A stretch of 64,000 nt of DNA from Squalus acanthias (taxonomy: Eukaryota). Within the stretch, counting starts at the first letter, position 1; each line of letters starts with the position of its first letter. The stretch is from assembly GCA_030390025.1 (NCBI GenBank), contig CM059432.1, forward strand, positions 49,416,001 through 49,480,000, in the 5' to 3' direction. The notes beneath the pieces are model-generated. The model searched no databases, was not told the origin of the DNA, and saw only the letters and a program-made list of their open reading frames with translations. A program made the position numbers and the translations under genes. Positions 11,792 through 24,971 of the stretch are shown here, piece after piece.

Positions 11792-12529
11792 GGGAGAAAA
11801 ATTCGGTATCGACCATTTTGGGGCGCTAACATCGCCTGGGTGATAACTTTCGCGCCCGGCGCTAATTAGCACCGGCGACCGCAAAATTGAGTTTTAGCAC
11901 CCCAAGAGGGAAGTGGAACACTAAATCAAGCGCTCCACTTCCTTCTTAGGGCGCTAACATCGGAGAGCGGGGCAAAGATTTCAGCAGCGCTGCACACTGG
12001 GCCGTGCAGCGCTGCCGCATTCAAAGGCTCCTTCCCTCCCTTAAAGGGAAGGGCCATCGCTGCAGGCTCTGCAATTTAAAAAGTACCTACCTGGACCACC
12101 AAGGTAGCCGCGATCCCGCGCGATCAGCCCGGCACTCAAGCAGAGTGCTGGGCTGATCGATCGTGGGCAGGAACCCGCGAAAAAAACTAGAAAAGGAAAG
12201 GTACGTTTTTTTCCACTTACCTCGGACACCTCGCCTTTAATTATCGCCCCCGAAGCAGCCAGCAGCCTGATGCACTCCTCCTGCAGCTTTCGGTGTTTCC
12301 GCCCAGCGCTGCTGCAGGGGGAGGAAGTCAATTTCGGGTCCAGGACGATGCGTACGGCGATGACATCACGATCTCCGGGCGAAGGAGATCAGGGTGCAAC
12401 GCCGTAGCGCCACCGCAAAACTCCCACTGAATATGGCGGGAGTCGATGTCAGCGCCGCGCCTGGTCGCAAAGCCATTTGTGCCCCCGGGGGCGCTAACGG
12501 GAGGCACAAAGGCACCCAATTTCACCCCC
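11792..12529. mobile_element. Harbinger-type MITE with TTA TSD
   Basis: TIRs gggagaaaaatt / aatttcaccccc; TTA at 11789-11791 and 12530-12532. Confidence 0.85.
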
Positions 12530-13089
12530 TTAGACTCCCCCAAAAAAATTGGTGGGAAATTAAATTGGGTTAAGAACTTTAAACTCCTGCACATTTTTAG
12601 TTACTTGAAGCTTTATCCCACTTCCAGATTTCACCCATAGCATGTCAAATGTCTGTTATTTACAGCCTGGCTATGTAATGCTGCTGCACCTTCAGTAAAT
12701 AAGCTATGTTTTCCACATTGATGTCACTAAAAAGTGAATATAAACTCTTTACCTCAAATTTCTCTGTTACAGTTCAATAACTTCTGCATCACATGGCAAT
12801 GCTCTAGTGCAATTCAGACATGCATTAAAGTCACACTGTGCAGCATGAGTAATGAATTTGTTCACACAGGCAGATGAAATTCCTTTGTCCACTATCTTAA
12901 CAAAGGCACTATTCTAAATGGGTTAGTGCTTTCATTACAACAATGGGCAAAGACACTTCATATGAAAGCGTTAACCCATCTGTTACCAATATTGCATAGT
13001 GCAATGGTGCACATGTACCTTTACAAGTCACAGCTGCTTCTACCACCTAGTTCAACTAGTCAGAACTTATTATCGGTGGCACCAAAGTG

Positions 13090-13417
13090 AATAAAATTAA
13101 CGCACTGCTCCCATTGGCAGAAGGGTCGAGAACCAGAGGACACAAATTTAAGGTGATTGGCAGCAGAACCAAAGGCGACATGAGGAAAAACTTTTTTACT
13201 CAGCAAGTGGTTAGGATCTGGAATGCACTGCCTGAAAGGGTGGTGGAGGCAGACTCAATCACAGCTTTCAAAAGGGAGTTGGATAAGTACCTGAAGGAAA
13301 AAAATTTGCAGGGTTACGGGGAAATGACGGGGGAGTAAGATGAGCTGAAGTGCTCTTGCAGAGAGCCAGCATGGGCTCGACGGGCCTTCTTCCGTGCTGT
13401 AACCATTCTATGATTCA
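13090..13417 (+). mobile_element. CR1 3' fragment
   Basis: Encodes SRTRGHKFK...FFTQQVVRIWNALP...FKRELDKYL; tail ccattctatgattc. Confidence 0.9.
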
Positions 13418-13722
13418 TCCCTATATGGAAATATATTAAGGAACAGAGACAGAGGCCACGATTTTCCCAGCGGAGGCAGGTTGGAGTCGGGTTGAGTGGT
13501 CAGCAGCTTCCGGTCCCACTGCCGGCTTCAGCCGCTCCGAAATAACAATTTTAATTTAACTGGGCTTATTAGGCCCGCTGTGCGTGCTACCCGGCCCAAT
13601 CAGTGGGTTCGTGTGTGCTGCTCGCCTCTGCTGACTTCTTCCATTCAGGAGCTTTTAAGGGGCCCATGTAGCCTTTAGATTTCATTTCCTTTCTGCTGCT
13701 CCTGAAAACGAGGCTTTTGAAC

Positions 13723-14367
13723 ATGACTGCTGCAAGATCTAAGGCTGCTCCTAGATTTGATGATGACTCCCTCCATTCTCTTGTGGAGTAAGAGGGCGCA
13801 GGGAGGTTTTGTTCCCTCCCGATGGCCGGAGGAAGCCTCCTCAGCAGACAAAGGCAGCCTGGCTGAAAATTGGTGAGGAGGTAAGCGCAAGGTCGTTGTG
13901 CTCACGTACCTGGGTGCAGTGACGAAAAAGGTTCAATGATCTGCTACGCTCAGCAAAAGTGAGTATAACATCACACTTACCTTCAATCTGCTTCCCTTCT
14001 GTTCTCATCACCAGCACTTTGACATTGTCAACCTACTCCTCCATATCCCAACTTACCCTTACTTCCCTTGCACCCTTACCTATCCCTCTCTCTCTATGTA
14101 GAGAATCACTTCACCATCCAACTATGCACCCCTCACACTCGCTATCACTGTTATGCAATGACAACAACTAACAACGCACAGGGAGGCACCTTGGTTTTGG
14201 CACCTCACTCCATCTTTGTCTCCCTCTAAGCTTCTATGTTATGGATTCTTCACACTCACTCCATCAAGGTGCAGCATAGAAGTGAGCAAAGTGCCTCTAC
14301 ATCTGCTGAAGCCACAGGGGAAGAACCACATAGAAGCACGCGCAAGAGAAAGTTAACACACAAATAG
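13723..14367 (+). pseudogene. Harbinger Myb/SANT-like DNA-binding partner (exon 1 at 13723-13958, last exon about 14260-14367; middle deleted)
   Basis: Manual translation gives MTAARSKAAPRFDDDSL...REVLFP...KAAWLKIGEEVSARS...RTWVQ*RKRFNDL followed by a GTGAGT donor; the C-terminus SASTSAEATGEEPHRSTRKRKLTHK* matches ORF 41395-41727. Confidence 0.8.
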
Positions 14368-14560
14368 TCACAAGGGTAGTCACTTGGGTGTTTTCATCTG
14401 ATACAAACGTTTGTCATTGTGATTATAATTGTATTAAAGAAAAGCGATGGCAAAGATTCAAAGAGTTGGCCTATGTGTGCTCAGAAATGGAAGTTGCACA
14501 GTGAGGGGTCAGGGCGCCTTTCATTTGTAATGATGGTGGTGAAAGTGATAGAAAACCAGT

Positions 14561-15786
14561 TTATTTTACAGATGCTGTATAGTGTGTTAAGAAGGTCGGC
14601 CAGACATTCATTTCCATGTGCCAGCCATATGTGCTTGATGCCCTTGCCTCACAGTCAGCAATGTGCTCGTGTGCTGGTGGATTTGGCACATCCGCCCCCA
14701 CAAGGCATCCCTCATCTGCCGCCTCCTCCTCCTCTTCCGAGGAGGCTGTGCGCTGAGCCATTTGTTCCTCAGGCAGCGCTAAGCCACGCTGCTATGCAAT
14801 GTTGTGCAGGGCACAGCAGGCCACGATGATTCTGGAGACCCTGGCTGGTGCGTACTGTAGGGCTCCACCAGATCTGTCGCGGCATCTGAATTGCATTTTG
14901 AGCAAGCTGATGGTTTGCTCTATGATACTTCTGGTGGAAATGTGGCTCACATTGTACCGCTCCTCAGCTTTGTTTGATGGCCTCATCGGTGTCATTAGCC
15001 ACTTTTTCAGGGGATAGCCCTTGTCTCCAAGTAGCCATCTGGAAAGTTAGGTTGGCGGATTGAAGAACTGCGGCACAGTGAACTGCCGCAGGATGAAAGA
15101 GTCATGGCAACTGCCAGGGAACTTGGCGCAAACATGCATGATAATCTTCCTGTGGTTACACACCAGCTGGACGTCAAGGGAGTGGAAGCCCTTGCGGTTG
15201 ACAAATACAGCTGGGTTGTGATGGGGTGCCCTAATGGCCACATGTATGCAGTCTACGACGCCCTGCACCCTTGGAAAGCCTGCCATATTTGCAAAGCCAA
15301 CTACACGCGCAGTTACACTTGCTTCATCTGTGGAGAAGTGGATGTAATTGTGTGACTTTGCAAAGAGGGCATCGGTAACCTGCGTGATGCAAGTGTGTGC
15401 GGCCGACTGGGAGATGCTGCTGATGATCCCTGGAAGGACCCCGAAGCAAAGAAGTTGAGTGCGGTGGTGACTTTTACAGCCACTGGTAAGGAGTGGCCAC
15501 CCGCTCCTCTGGGCTCCAGGTGTTGGTGCAGCATTGTGCAGATGTCAGCGACTACCTCTCCATCAATAGTCTCAGCTTCCTTTGGCACTGCTTCTCACTC
15601 ATGTTGAGGAAGCTCATCCTCGGCCTGTAAACCCTGTGTTGGGGGTATCTCCGGCCCTCTGCCCTGTGCATCATCAGGTGGCTGAGGAGAAGGTTGGCGC
15701 TCCTGTTGTGCCTGGTTCTGCTGCTGCCGTGGCTGCTCTTCCTCCGATTCTGAGGACCAGGATGAGAGGGTATAAATGGTTCCCAT
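14561..15786 (-). pseudogene. Harbinger (HARBI1-like) DDE transposase, frameshifted
   Basis: Motifs [59 protein letters not shown] and ACCALHNIA. Confidence 0.93.
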
Positions 15787-16769
15787 CCCGCTGGTATATA
15801 TCTCAGTTGAGAAAGAGATGTTATCAGCGCTCAGTCAATGTGGCCAGAGGGTATTCCAAGGAGGTCACAGTGCATATGGATCTCAGCTTAAACACTCACA
15901 AGCTCAATAGACCTGCAAAATATGCTCCAAAACTTAAAGCACAAAGTTCTGGCATCTGAAAGTGAGCAATGTTGCACGACCGCTTTTATGCTGCAGCAGC
16001 AGCTGTCAACAATTCAGCTACTTGCTGAACCCGGCACAATCAGCTGGCGTGTTTGTCGCACGACGGACAACATGCTGAAAATGTTGTAAAATGGGAAGAG
16101 CCAGTAAAAAAAGGATTATCTAGGCAGTTAACAAGCTGTTAACTGCCTTAAGTGCCTCTCCCGCCGTTTGGTGTCGGGTCTCATCGGGACTCGCAGACCC
16201 TACGCAAAGTTACGTGGAGGCGGGATGGCGGCGGGTTCGCAACCCACCATCAATCTTTTGGATTTTAACTCCCGACCCGTCTCCAAACCTGCCCTCTGAG
16301 CGCCAGCAAAATCGTGGCCAGGGTCTAAAAATAATTTTTAAAAATAGACTTTGATCCAACAAGGCCACAACACAGGATAATCAAATTACAAACATATTTG
16401 AAATGTGCCAAGACTGAATATACTGAAATACAAACCTAATCAATAATGAGTCCATACTGTCCTGAGGTTATTATCTACTGCTTGGCCGTAGCACCTACCC
16501 ATTAGATAATAAAGGGCAATTAAAGACCAAGAGTCATTTTCACAGATTAAAAACTTAGTAAGAATATTCCTACAATATTTATTTTAGCTTCTAGACAACC
16601 AACTACACAATAAAACAAATCAACAGTAAAACCAATTTTTGACAGTATGCTGGAATTGAGGAAAGTAGATACATTGAAGCAACATAACTTTGTAGCAAAT
16701 ATGTCAAGATCTAGCTCTAACTGGATGATTCAGATTTACATAGATGGATTGTCAGATCCTAAATCATAA

Positions 16770-17208
16770 AACAATGAATTTGCATTTATATAGTGTACTT
16801 CACATCCTCAGGACGTCCCAAACGCTTCACAGCAAATGATTTATTTTTGAAGTGTAGTCACTTGCTGATAAACTCAGCAGCCAATTTACACACAGCAAGG
16901 TCTCACACACAGCTAGGAGATAAATGATTGGAGGTGTTGGTTGAGCGATAAATATTGGCCAAGACACTAGAACTTACCTTCTCTTCTTCAAATAGTTTAG
17001 TGTGAACTTTTATGTCCACCTGAGCATGTAGACAGGTCTCTGTTTTAACGTCTCACGCAAAAGATGGCACCTCTGACAATACAGCATTCCCTCAGTAAAA
17101 CAATGACACCTCAGCCTTGATTTTCTGCTCAAGTCCTGGAGTAGAACTTAGAACCTATGATCTTCTAATGCAAAAGTCAAAGTGCTACCAATGTAACTCA
17201 ACTGACAC
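16770..17208 (-). mobile_element. Deu-domain tRNA-derived SINE (SacSINE1/AmnSINE-like), old
   Basis: The minus strand has a tRNA-like head, the Deu core gagggaatgctgtattgtcagaggtgccatctttt...gagacgttaaa and the tail ctatataaatgcaa. Family name is from recall. Confidence 0.7.
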
Positions 17209-17861
17209 AACTAAATTATAATCTTAATACAGTTTTCAAACAAAATGAGCAGTTTATACAATTTCAGGGTATAGAAAGTGACAGAATGCACATGCTGCAA
17301 TCAAATACCTCCTCAAACTACTATGTAAAGCAACACTTCAAAAGAACAGAAGAACGTTTGGAACAGGAAAACGCCACTAGGACCAAATCAGGTGCGCCTA
17401 TCCATCTTCTCACCATATGTCTCAATCGTTTTTCTCCAAAAAGTATCCAGTTGTCACCTGAAACTCTTTATACTGTCTGCTTCAATGGTTTTCCCTGTAA
17501 CTTATTCCACAACTTGGGTGAAAAATTTCTACCCGACGTTCCATCTTACTTCCTAAATTACACTGTGGTGATGCGAACGTACGTCTGATATTCCTCTCCA
17601 CTATTTTAGTGGCAACGTTAACCAGTTTAAAATAAATGGGTTAACACCTCTGCTAAAATAGCAGAGAAGGGTATTTCAGATGACCGTATTAAGGGTTTGT
17701 ATGAGTATCCAGTGGCATTATTTCAGGCCTCTAATTTTAAACTTATGTCCCTTAATATTTGAGCTCTTCACTACAGTAAACAATTTCTTTCATGATCTTG
17801 AAAACACACCTCAAAATCTCACTTTTCTGAACAAAATCAGCACGACTGTCTTAATTACATA

Positions 17862-18575
17862 GGGGGAAAAATTGCTCTCCTTTGCGCCTCCCGTGGGGGG
17901 CACTAATGGGGCGCAAAGGCCTTTTCGCCCAGGCATGGCGCCAAATTTCGCGGGAGGTTAGCAGCAGCGCTACCGGGTTGCGCCCCAATCTCATGCGCCC
18001 AGAGATCGTGACGTCAGCTCCGGACGCAGCGCCCCGGTAGCACCCCAGCACAAAAATTCCCCTTTGGCCCCTGCAGCAGCACTGGGTGATGGCCGCAACT
18101 GCTGCAGGGGACGCGAGCAGAGCGACCGGCCACTAGCGGGGAGGACGTTAAAGGTGAGGTGGCCGGCCGCCCTGAAAAAAAGTCGGATTTTTTTAACACT
18201 TTTTTTTCCACCTCCGGACGCGGGGTCCGTGCCACAATCGGTCAGCCTGGCACTCTGCTTGGTGATCCATGGTAAGTTTAAAAAAAACTGCAGAGTTCGC
18301 AGCGTGGGGCCCTTCCCTTTAATTCAGGGAAGAGCCCCTGCAACACAGCAGCTCCACGCTTGGCCACTGGTGGCGCTGCTGAGCACATCGCCCCGGGTCA
18401 TGAACTTCCTCCCCTCTTGCGCTCCAAGAAGCAAGTGGAGTGCTTGATTTAGCTTTCCTCTTGGAGCAAAAAATGGGAATTTCAGAGAAGCTGGAAGAGG
18501 TGAGCACCTGGCGCTAACTTTTCCAGCTTTTCCAATTTAGTGCCCCAAACGGGGCTCGAGGGGAATTTCTCCCCC
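17862..18575. mobile_element. Harbinger-type MITE with ATA TSD
   Basis: TIRs gggggaaaaatt / aatttctccccc; ATA at 17859-17861 and 18576-18578. Confidence 0.88.
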
Positions 18576-18831
18576 ATAGAATTTTACAGCACAGGGACAG
18601 GCCGTTCGGCCCAACAGGTCCATGCCGGTGTTTATGCTTCTGACAACCGAAAATCCTGAAACCCGTAGGTGATCGTAACTGCACACATTGCTCCAAAGGG
18701 GGTCTGATCAATTCTTTATATAGCAACAATATAATTGTTAGAAATCTAACTCTCTTTGCTTATGCAACCTAGTACCTTGTTTGCCTTTTCTACTGCAGTT
18801 AAGCAACTTCCTGGAACAATTCACTATTCTA

Positions 18832-20980
18832 CTTTGTTTTTTATTCATTCACGGGATGTGGGCATCGCTGGCAAGGCCAGCATTTATTGCCCATCCATAA
18901 TTGAGAAGGTGGTGGTGAGCCACCTTCTTGAACCGCGGTATTCCGTGTGGTGAAGGTACTCCCACAGTACTGTTAGAAACATAGAAAAATAGGAGCAGGG
19001 ATAGGCCATTTGGCCCTTCGAGCCTGCTCCGCCATTCAATATGATCATGGCTGATCCTCTATCTCAATACCATATTCCCGCTCTCTCCCCATACCCCTTG
19101 ATGCCTTTTGTGTCTAGAAATCTATCTATCACCTTCTTAAATATATTCAGTGACTTGGCCTCCACAGCCTTCTGTGGTAGAGAATTCCACAGGTTCACCA
19201 CCCTCTGAGTGAAGAAATTTCTCCTCATCTCAGTCCTAAATGTCCTACCCCGTATCCTGAGACTGTGACCCCTCGTTCTAGAGCCCCCAGCCAGGGGAAA
19301 CATCCTCCCTGCATCCAGTCTGTCTAGCCCTGTCAGAATTTTATACGTTTCAATGAGATCCCCTCTCATTCTTCTAAACTCTAGTGAATACAGGCCTAGT
19401 CGGCCCAATCTCTCCTCATAAGACAGTCCTGCCATCCCAGGAATCAGTCTGGTGAACCTTCGCTGCTCTCCCTCTATGGCAAGTATATCCTTTCTTAGGT
19501 AAGGAGACCAAAACTGCACACAGTACTCCAGGTGTGGTCTCACCAAGGCCCTGTACAACTGTAGTAAGACATCCTTGCTCCTGTACTCAAACCCTCTTGC
19601 AATGAAGGCCAACATACCATTTGCCTTCCTAACTGCATGCTGCACCTGCATGTTTGCTTTCAGTGACTGGTGTACAAGGACACCCAGGTCCCTTTGTACA
19701 TCAACATTTCCCAATCTATCACCATTTAAATACTCTACCTTTCTGTTTTTCCTACCAAAGTGGATAACTTCACATTTATCCACATTATACTGCATCTGCC
19801 ATGTATTTGCCCACTCACTCAACTTGTCTAAATCGCCTTGAAGCCGCTTTGCATCCTCCTCACAACTCACAATCCCACCTAGTTTTGTGTCGTCAGCAAA
19901 CTTGGAAATATTACATTTGGTTCCCTCATCCAAATCATTGATATACATTGTGAATAGCTGGGGCCCAAGCACTAATCCCTGCGGTACCCCACTAGTCACC
20001 GCCTACCACCCCGAAAAAGACCCATTTATTCCAACTCTGTTTCCTGTCTGTTAACCAATTTTCAATCCATGCCAGTATATTACCCCCAATCCCATGTGCT
20101 TTAATTTTGCACACTAACCTCTTATGTGGGACTTTATCAAAGGCCTTCTGAAAATCCAAATACACCACATCCACTGGTTCTCCCTTATCTATTCTACCAG
20201 TTACATCCTCAAAAAACTCCAGTCGGTTTGTCAAACACGATTTCCCTTTCATAAATCCATGCTGACTTTGTCTAATCCCGTTGATATTTTCTAAGTGTCC
20301 TGTTATCACATCCTTTATAATACTCTAGCATTTTCCCTACTACTGATGTTAGGCTAACCGGACTGTAGTTCCCAGTTTTCTCTCTCCCTCCTTTTTTAAA
20401 TAGTGGGGTTACATTTGCCACCCTCCAATCTGCAGGAACTGTTCCATAATCTATAGAATTTTGGAAGATGACAACCAATGCATCCACTATTTCCATGGCT
20501 ACCTCTTTTAGTACTCTGGAATGCAGATTATCAGGCCCTGGGGATTTATCAGCTTTCAGTCCCATTAATTTCTCCAGCACTATTTTATTACTGATACTAA
20601 TTTCCTTTAATTCCTCCTTCTCACTAGACCCTTGGTTCCCTAGCATTTCTGGGAAGTTATTTGTATCCTCTTCTGTGAAGACAGAACCAAAGTATTTGTT
20701 TAATTGCCCTGCCATTTTCTTGTTCCCCATTATAAATTCTCCCGTTTCTGACTGGAAGGGACCTACATTTGTCTTCACTAATCTTTTTCTTTTTACATAC
20801 TTATAGAAGCTTTTACAATCCGCTAGGTAGGGAATTCCAGGATTTTGACCCAGCGACGATGAAGGAACGGTAATATATTTCCAAGTCAGGATGGTGTGTG
20901 ACTTGAAGGGGAACATAAAGGTGCTGGTGTTCCCATGCCCCTGTTGCCCTTTTAGGTGGTAGAGGTCGTGAGTTTGGGGC
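18832..20980 (-). mobile_element. 3' fragment of the tRNA-headed LINE family (copy 3), split by a CR1
   Basis: 18832-18976 and 20821-20980 together match 24972-25280. Confidence 0.85.
18977..20820 (-). mobile_element. 5'-truncated CR1 LINE (ORF2 RT)
   Basis: ORFs 20272-20916, 19992-20309 and 19064-19999 carry SPGPD, YLDFQKAFDKVPH, GVPQG and KFADDTK; 3' tail ttctatgttt. Confidence 0.95.
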
Positions 20981-21189
20981 CTTCATATGCCGTCAGTAAA
21001 GATACCAAGTTTTCCACCTGCATAAATGTAGTCAATACAACTAAAATGTACGTTAGCAGCTTTATCTTTAGCTTCAAGCCTCAGTTGTTTCATACACATA
21101 TACTGCAGTGGTCTTTTTGATGTGACTGTTGATTTTCTGGTTCAATGGTGCAATTCAACTGAATGCAATGCCTAGATATGTAAAATTAG

Positions 21190-22300
21190 TAGAATTTAGC
21201 TTGTGTGTCCAGTCACGATTTTGGGTTCACGCAAGGTTACCCTGGTGCAATCTGGATTTTTTTTTAAGCTGATGGTCAACCTGCAATGCTTGGCTGATCC
21301 AGCAAATTGATCAATATGCTGCAGAGCAGCTTTGTAATCAATGAATAATGTCTGTTCATTAGCAAATAAAAATTCACAAATGACAAGTTGTCTTATCTTA
21401 CTTTTGTCATTTAATCTCGAGATTGAAAATGTCACTATCTATCCAGAATCGTAGGTAGATCCCCTTGTTCAAATCTGTTGTGGCATAATCCAGCATAGCT
21501 GTGAAAAAGAACTGGGAAAGGCTCAGGATCAGTATGTAGTCTTGATTATCTGCCACAGGGAATATTTCAGATGCATTGCCATCAGCAATTACTGTACCCA
21601 TCATGCCATTGTGAAATTGCCCGATTATGTATGTGATAGCCAAACTTGCACAGCAACTTCCAGAGTCCTTCCCCGCTGTGTTGAAGACCTTTGTGATATC
21701 AATGAATGCAAAGTATAAGCACAGTCTTCATAGGCACTTCTTGTGAATTTGCCAACTCATTAACTGCCTCTCAGTTTGCACAAAAATTGCATTGTGCTTC
21801 AGGCAGCCTGTCATTCCATAAGCTTTACTAAAGGTAAATTTGGTACATAATCCAATTTGGAATCTTCCCCACAATGGAGAGGAGAAAGATGGCACGGTCA
21901 GATTTTTGTCCCTTTCACTTAGGTTAACAGCTAATCCACCTTTCAAGTTGCTTGGAATGGATTCATTCTTCTAAATCAGGTAGAATAATCACAATTGACT
22001 TTGCAATAGAGTCACCAAAGTGTTTGTATATTTCTGCAGGTATACCATTGCAACTTGACCTTTTTTTTGTTTGTTATATGGCCATACATGCCAACTGCCA
22101 GATTTTTAACCTGGCAGTCAGCATCTTAACCCATGTGCCAGCTTATTAGCATTTCATATAAAAAAATCAGCTTTTTTCACTGGGATTGGAGGTTGTCAGT
22201 ATCAGCCAATAAGATAATTTGGAAGGCAAGACTGGAAGTTGTCAAAACTGATCACATGTTACTTTCTGCACTGTGGTTTGTGCATGAACTTGAGGCAGCA
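21190..22300 (-). mobile_element. Ancient RTE-clade (BovB-like) LINE RT fragment
   Basis: Degenerate peptides IIGQFHNGMMGTV, FFFTAMLDYA...GIYLRF...DIFNL, RL..KSKIRQLVICEFLFA and LTISLKK are typical of RTE RTs. Confidence 0.75.
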
Positions 22301-22479
22301 AAACTTAAAATGCACTACAATTTCTGTAAGTTGCAGCTAAAGGTGAGTTTATTTGGTGTTTGTCTCCAAAGTAGTTATATATAATATACAAGCTAGTAAA
22401 ACGCCAAGGGAACAAAGGGAAGATGAAAACACACACAAAAAATAGAATGACCTGTAAAGTGTTTTAAGTGGAAAGCAGG

Positions 22480-23095
22480 CTTTGCCAGTTTTTCATGCTT
22501 CCATTTCTACCTGCCTTAACCACTGCCCGCACCCACCTCAGCTATTCGCATATTCTCAATGTCTCACACATCTCTTTAATTTCTCTCATTATACTTCCGA
22601 CTGTTCCACAATAATATCACTTCAGCCATTTAACCATCTTCTGTTTTCCACTTTGTTCCCTCAGTTCTGTTCATTTTTAAATGCTGCTCTTCTGTAAAAG
22701 CCTCCAGTTCTGATGAAGTGGTCAAACCTCAAGCATGGGGGGCAATTTTAACCCTACTCGCTCAGCACAAACCTGGCGGGTGGGCAGTTAAAATCGCCCT
22801 GGCTCTTACCTATCCGAAAGCCGCCATGATCGCAACATCTGCAATTTTAACCTGCTCTCCTGAGCAGGCAGCAAGGGCATGTGCCTAGAGCCAACAGGGT
22901 CCTTCTTTACATATGCATGTTGTGGCCCGATGATGTCATTGAGACCCGACTGTAATTTTAACTCAGGCCTGAGCAGGGAATCCACTTGGAGTTAAAATCG
23001 GGGTAATTGACTTGTATGTTCTCTCCACAGATGCTGACTGACCTCCTGGAGTGTTTACAGCATTTTCTGTTTTTCTTCCAGATTTCCAGTTTTGT
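22480..23095 (+). mobile_element. Degenerate Penelope-like 3' end/pLTR with a decayed hammerhead, interrupted by a MITE (about 22738-23005)
   Basis: agttctgatgaa at 22706; after the MITE, ctctccacagatgctgactgacc...cagcattttctgttttt...agatttccag matches the pLTR sequence at 61790-61848. Confidence 0.65.
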
Positions 23096-23365
23096 TTTTG
23101 ATTTTTTGCATCAAATTCTGACCCCGAGTTCAGTGATTTTAATTAATCAGATTCATGCAGAAGGATTTGACTCATGAGGGCCCTGCTGTAGACGGGACTG
23201 ACTTGTTCTGGTCAGACAGTGGCAATTATGAGTCTTTGGTTGTGAGGAGTCACTGTCCTATAGCATACCAGTACCCTGGAATATTGCTGTTAATCCTGCA
23301 GTTCATTTGATTTTTGTTGTTCATATTCTGGCATTTCACTGTTAGGAATACAGTTAATAGATTAG

Positions 23366-24003
23366 GGGATGGATTTTCCTGTACCTGCAATCAGTGGTAC
23401 AGCAGTGGAGAAGCAGGCAGAATGGGGCAGGGAATCTACTGCCGGATCCGTGCCCCTTGAAAACAATGCAAGACATTTTCTTTCCTTCCCCCAGCATGAA
23501 TTGCAGCCGCCCACCCCTTGACCACCTCACCATATTTAAAGGACAGCAGGGAGGCGGGGCTAGGGAGACAGGCTGATTTCCCTGCCTTCCTACCACAATA
23601 CCATGCAAGGCCAGAAGAGTGGCTGGAATCCTTGTTGGGGGATCAACAGAAAGGGCGCCAATGGCATATCATTGAGAGGATCTGCTCCTGACCACCTGTT
23701 CCTCTCTCTGGGCTCCGCCTGGCAGCTACCAATATTATAGCCCCTCCTGAGCCACTCCGGGTCATTAAGAATGTAATCTTCAGGAGCCTTCTTCCTCCTT
23801 TAATCTTGACCCATCCTTCTCTTCTGGCACTGCAATGTGTGCCCCACTGCAGCACTCCTGGATTTCCCTTGGTAGTAGTGGCTGGGTCCCTCCATATAGC
23901 GTAGTTATTGCTAGGAGCCACGAAAATGGGTCAGGGTCATGGCGGGGAAGTCCCATCCTGCCCCACCTACAACCTTTAAACCACCCGGAGGAAAATCCAG
24001 GCC
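23366..24003. mobile_element. Harbinger-type MITE
   Basis: TIRs gggatggattttcc / ggaaaatccaggcc. Confidence 0.65.
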
Positions 24004-24971
24004 GCAGTAACCATGAAGGCATCTAATCTAGTGTAAATTATGTTTTAAATATATATTTAATGACATCTGTTTGTGTGCAACATTGCTATACTGTTGAGTT
24101 CCTAAAAAAGGAAAGCCTGCAGGAACTTTTCTATGTCAGGAAAAAGTGTGCATTATACACAAATATGCATGAAAAAGTAAACTTTATCTGGGCGGTTCTG
24201 TGATCTGGTGGTGCAAGCAGAGAGTGCATCGCGAGAAATCCATGGGTATGCACTGTGATTTTCTGTCCATTAAACTAATGGATGGAAAATTGCCAACAGC
24301 ATGCCCACAATTTCCCAAGATGAACTCTGAGTAACTGCATCTCGCTGGAAGCTCTAGATTGTGGAATTGCTCCTTATATGTAGTGCGCATTATAGGTTAT
24401 ATTTTCCAATCAGTGATCAAGTCTGACTGTCAAGTACATTCTACATTCCTTTGTACTTTTGCAGGCAGATTTAAAACCCATTTAAAATACATAGGTTAAT
24501 GTCTGCCTAAAGACAGCACACAGAGGAATGTAATATGAGCACGCTTAGCATTTATATTTGATTGGAAAATACACACCTGTATGTGATGTGTAATGTGTGC
24601 AAAAATTGATTACTTAGCTGCATTGTAGGCCATATTTAACTTTCTTTTCTCATGTTTGACACTAAATTTGACAGGATTTATTTTTCTCATTTTTTCTTTT
24701 GAAGCTCCCAAGAACTTTCAGTTTCATAGTAATACCCTATGCAACTAAACAATAGATGGTCATGTTCTTCAGCTTAAATTTCCAGATCAGTGGGACCCCA
24801 GAGATACGGCATGAATGGCTAAAATTGGCCATTCTCACCATTTCTCCAGGGATTCCGTTGATCTACAGCCAAAGTTACATCAGAGGATTGGCAAAATCCT
24901 GGAGAAATTCACGGCCATTCTCCTCATTGTTTAAAATTAGTTCTACCTCTTCTCTAATCTGCTCTTTTAAG

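Larger units (their letters stand above)
13454..16319 (-). mobile_element. PIF/Harbinger DNA transposon (decayed, both TIRs present)
   Basis: Perfect 12-bp TIR ggccacgatttt / aaaatcgtggcc; encloses convergent Myb-like and DDE transposase pseudogenes; TSD ambiguous. Confidence 0.9.

Noticed and set aside
12700..13075. Possible enhancer with Sox-like motifs (acaaag, acaatg, ctttgt)
   Set aside because: Such short motifs are expected by chance, and no conservation data are available.
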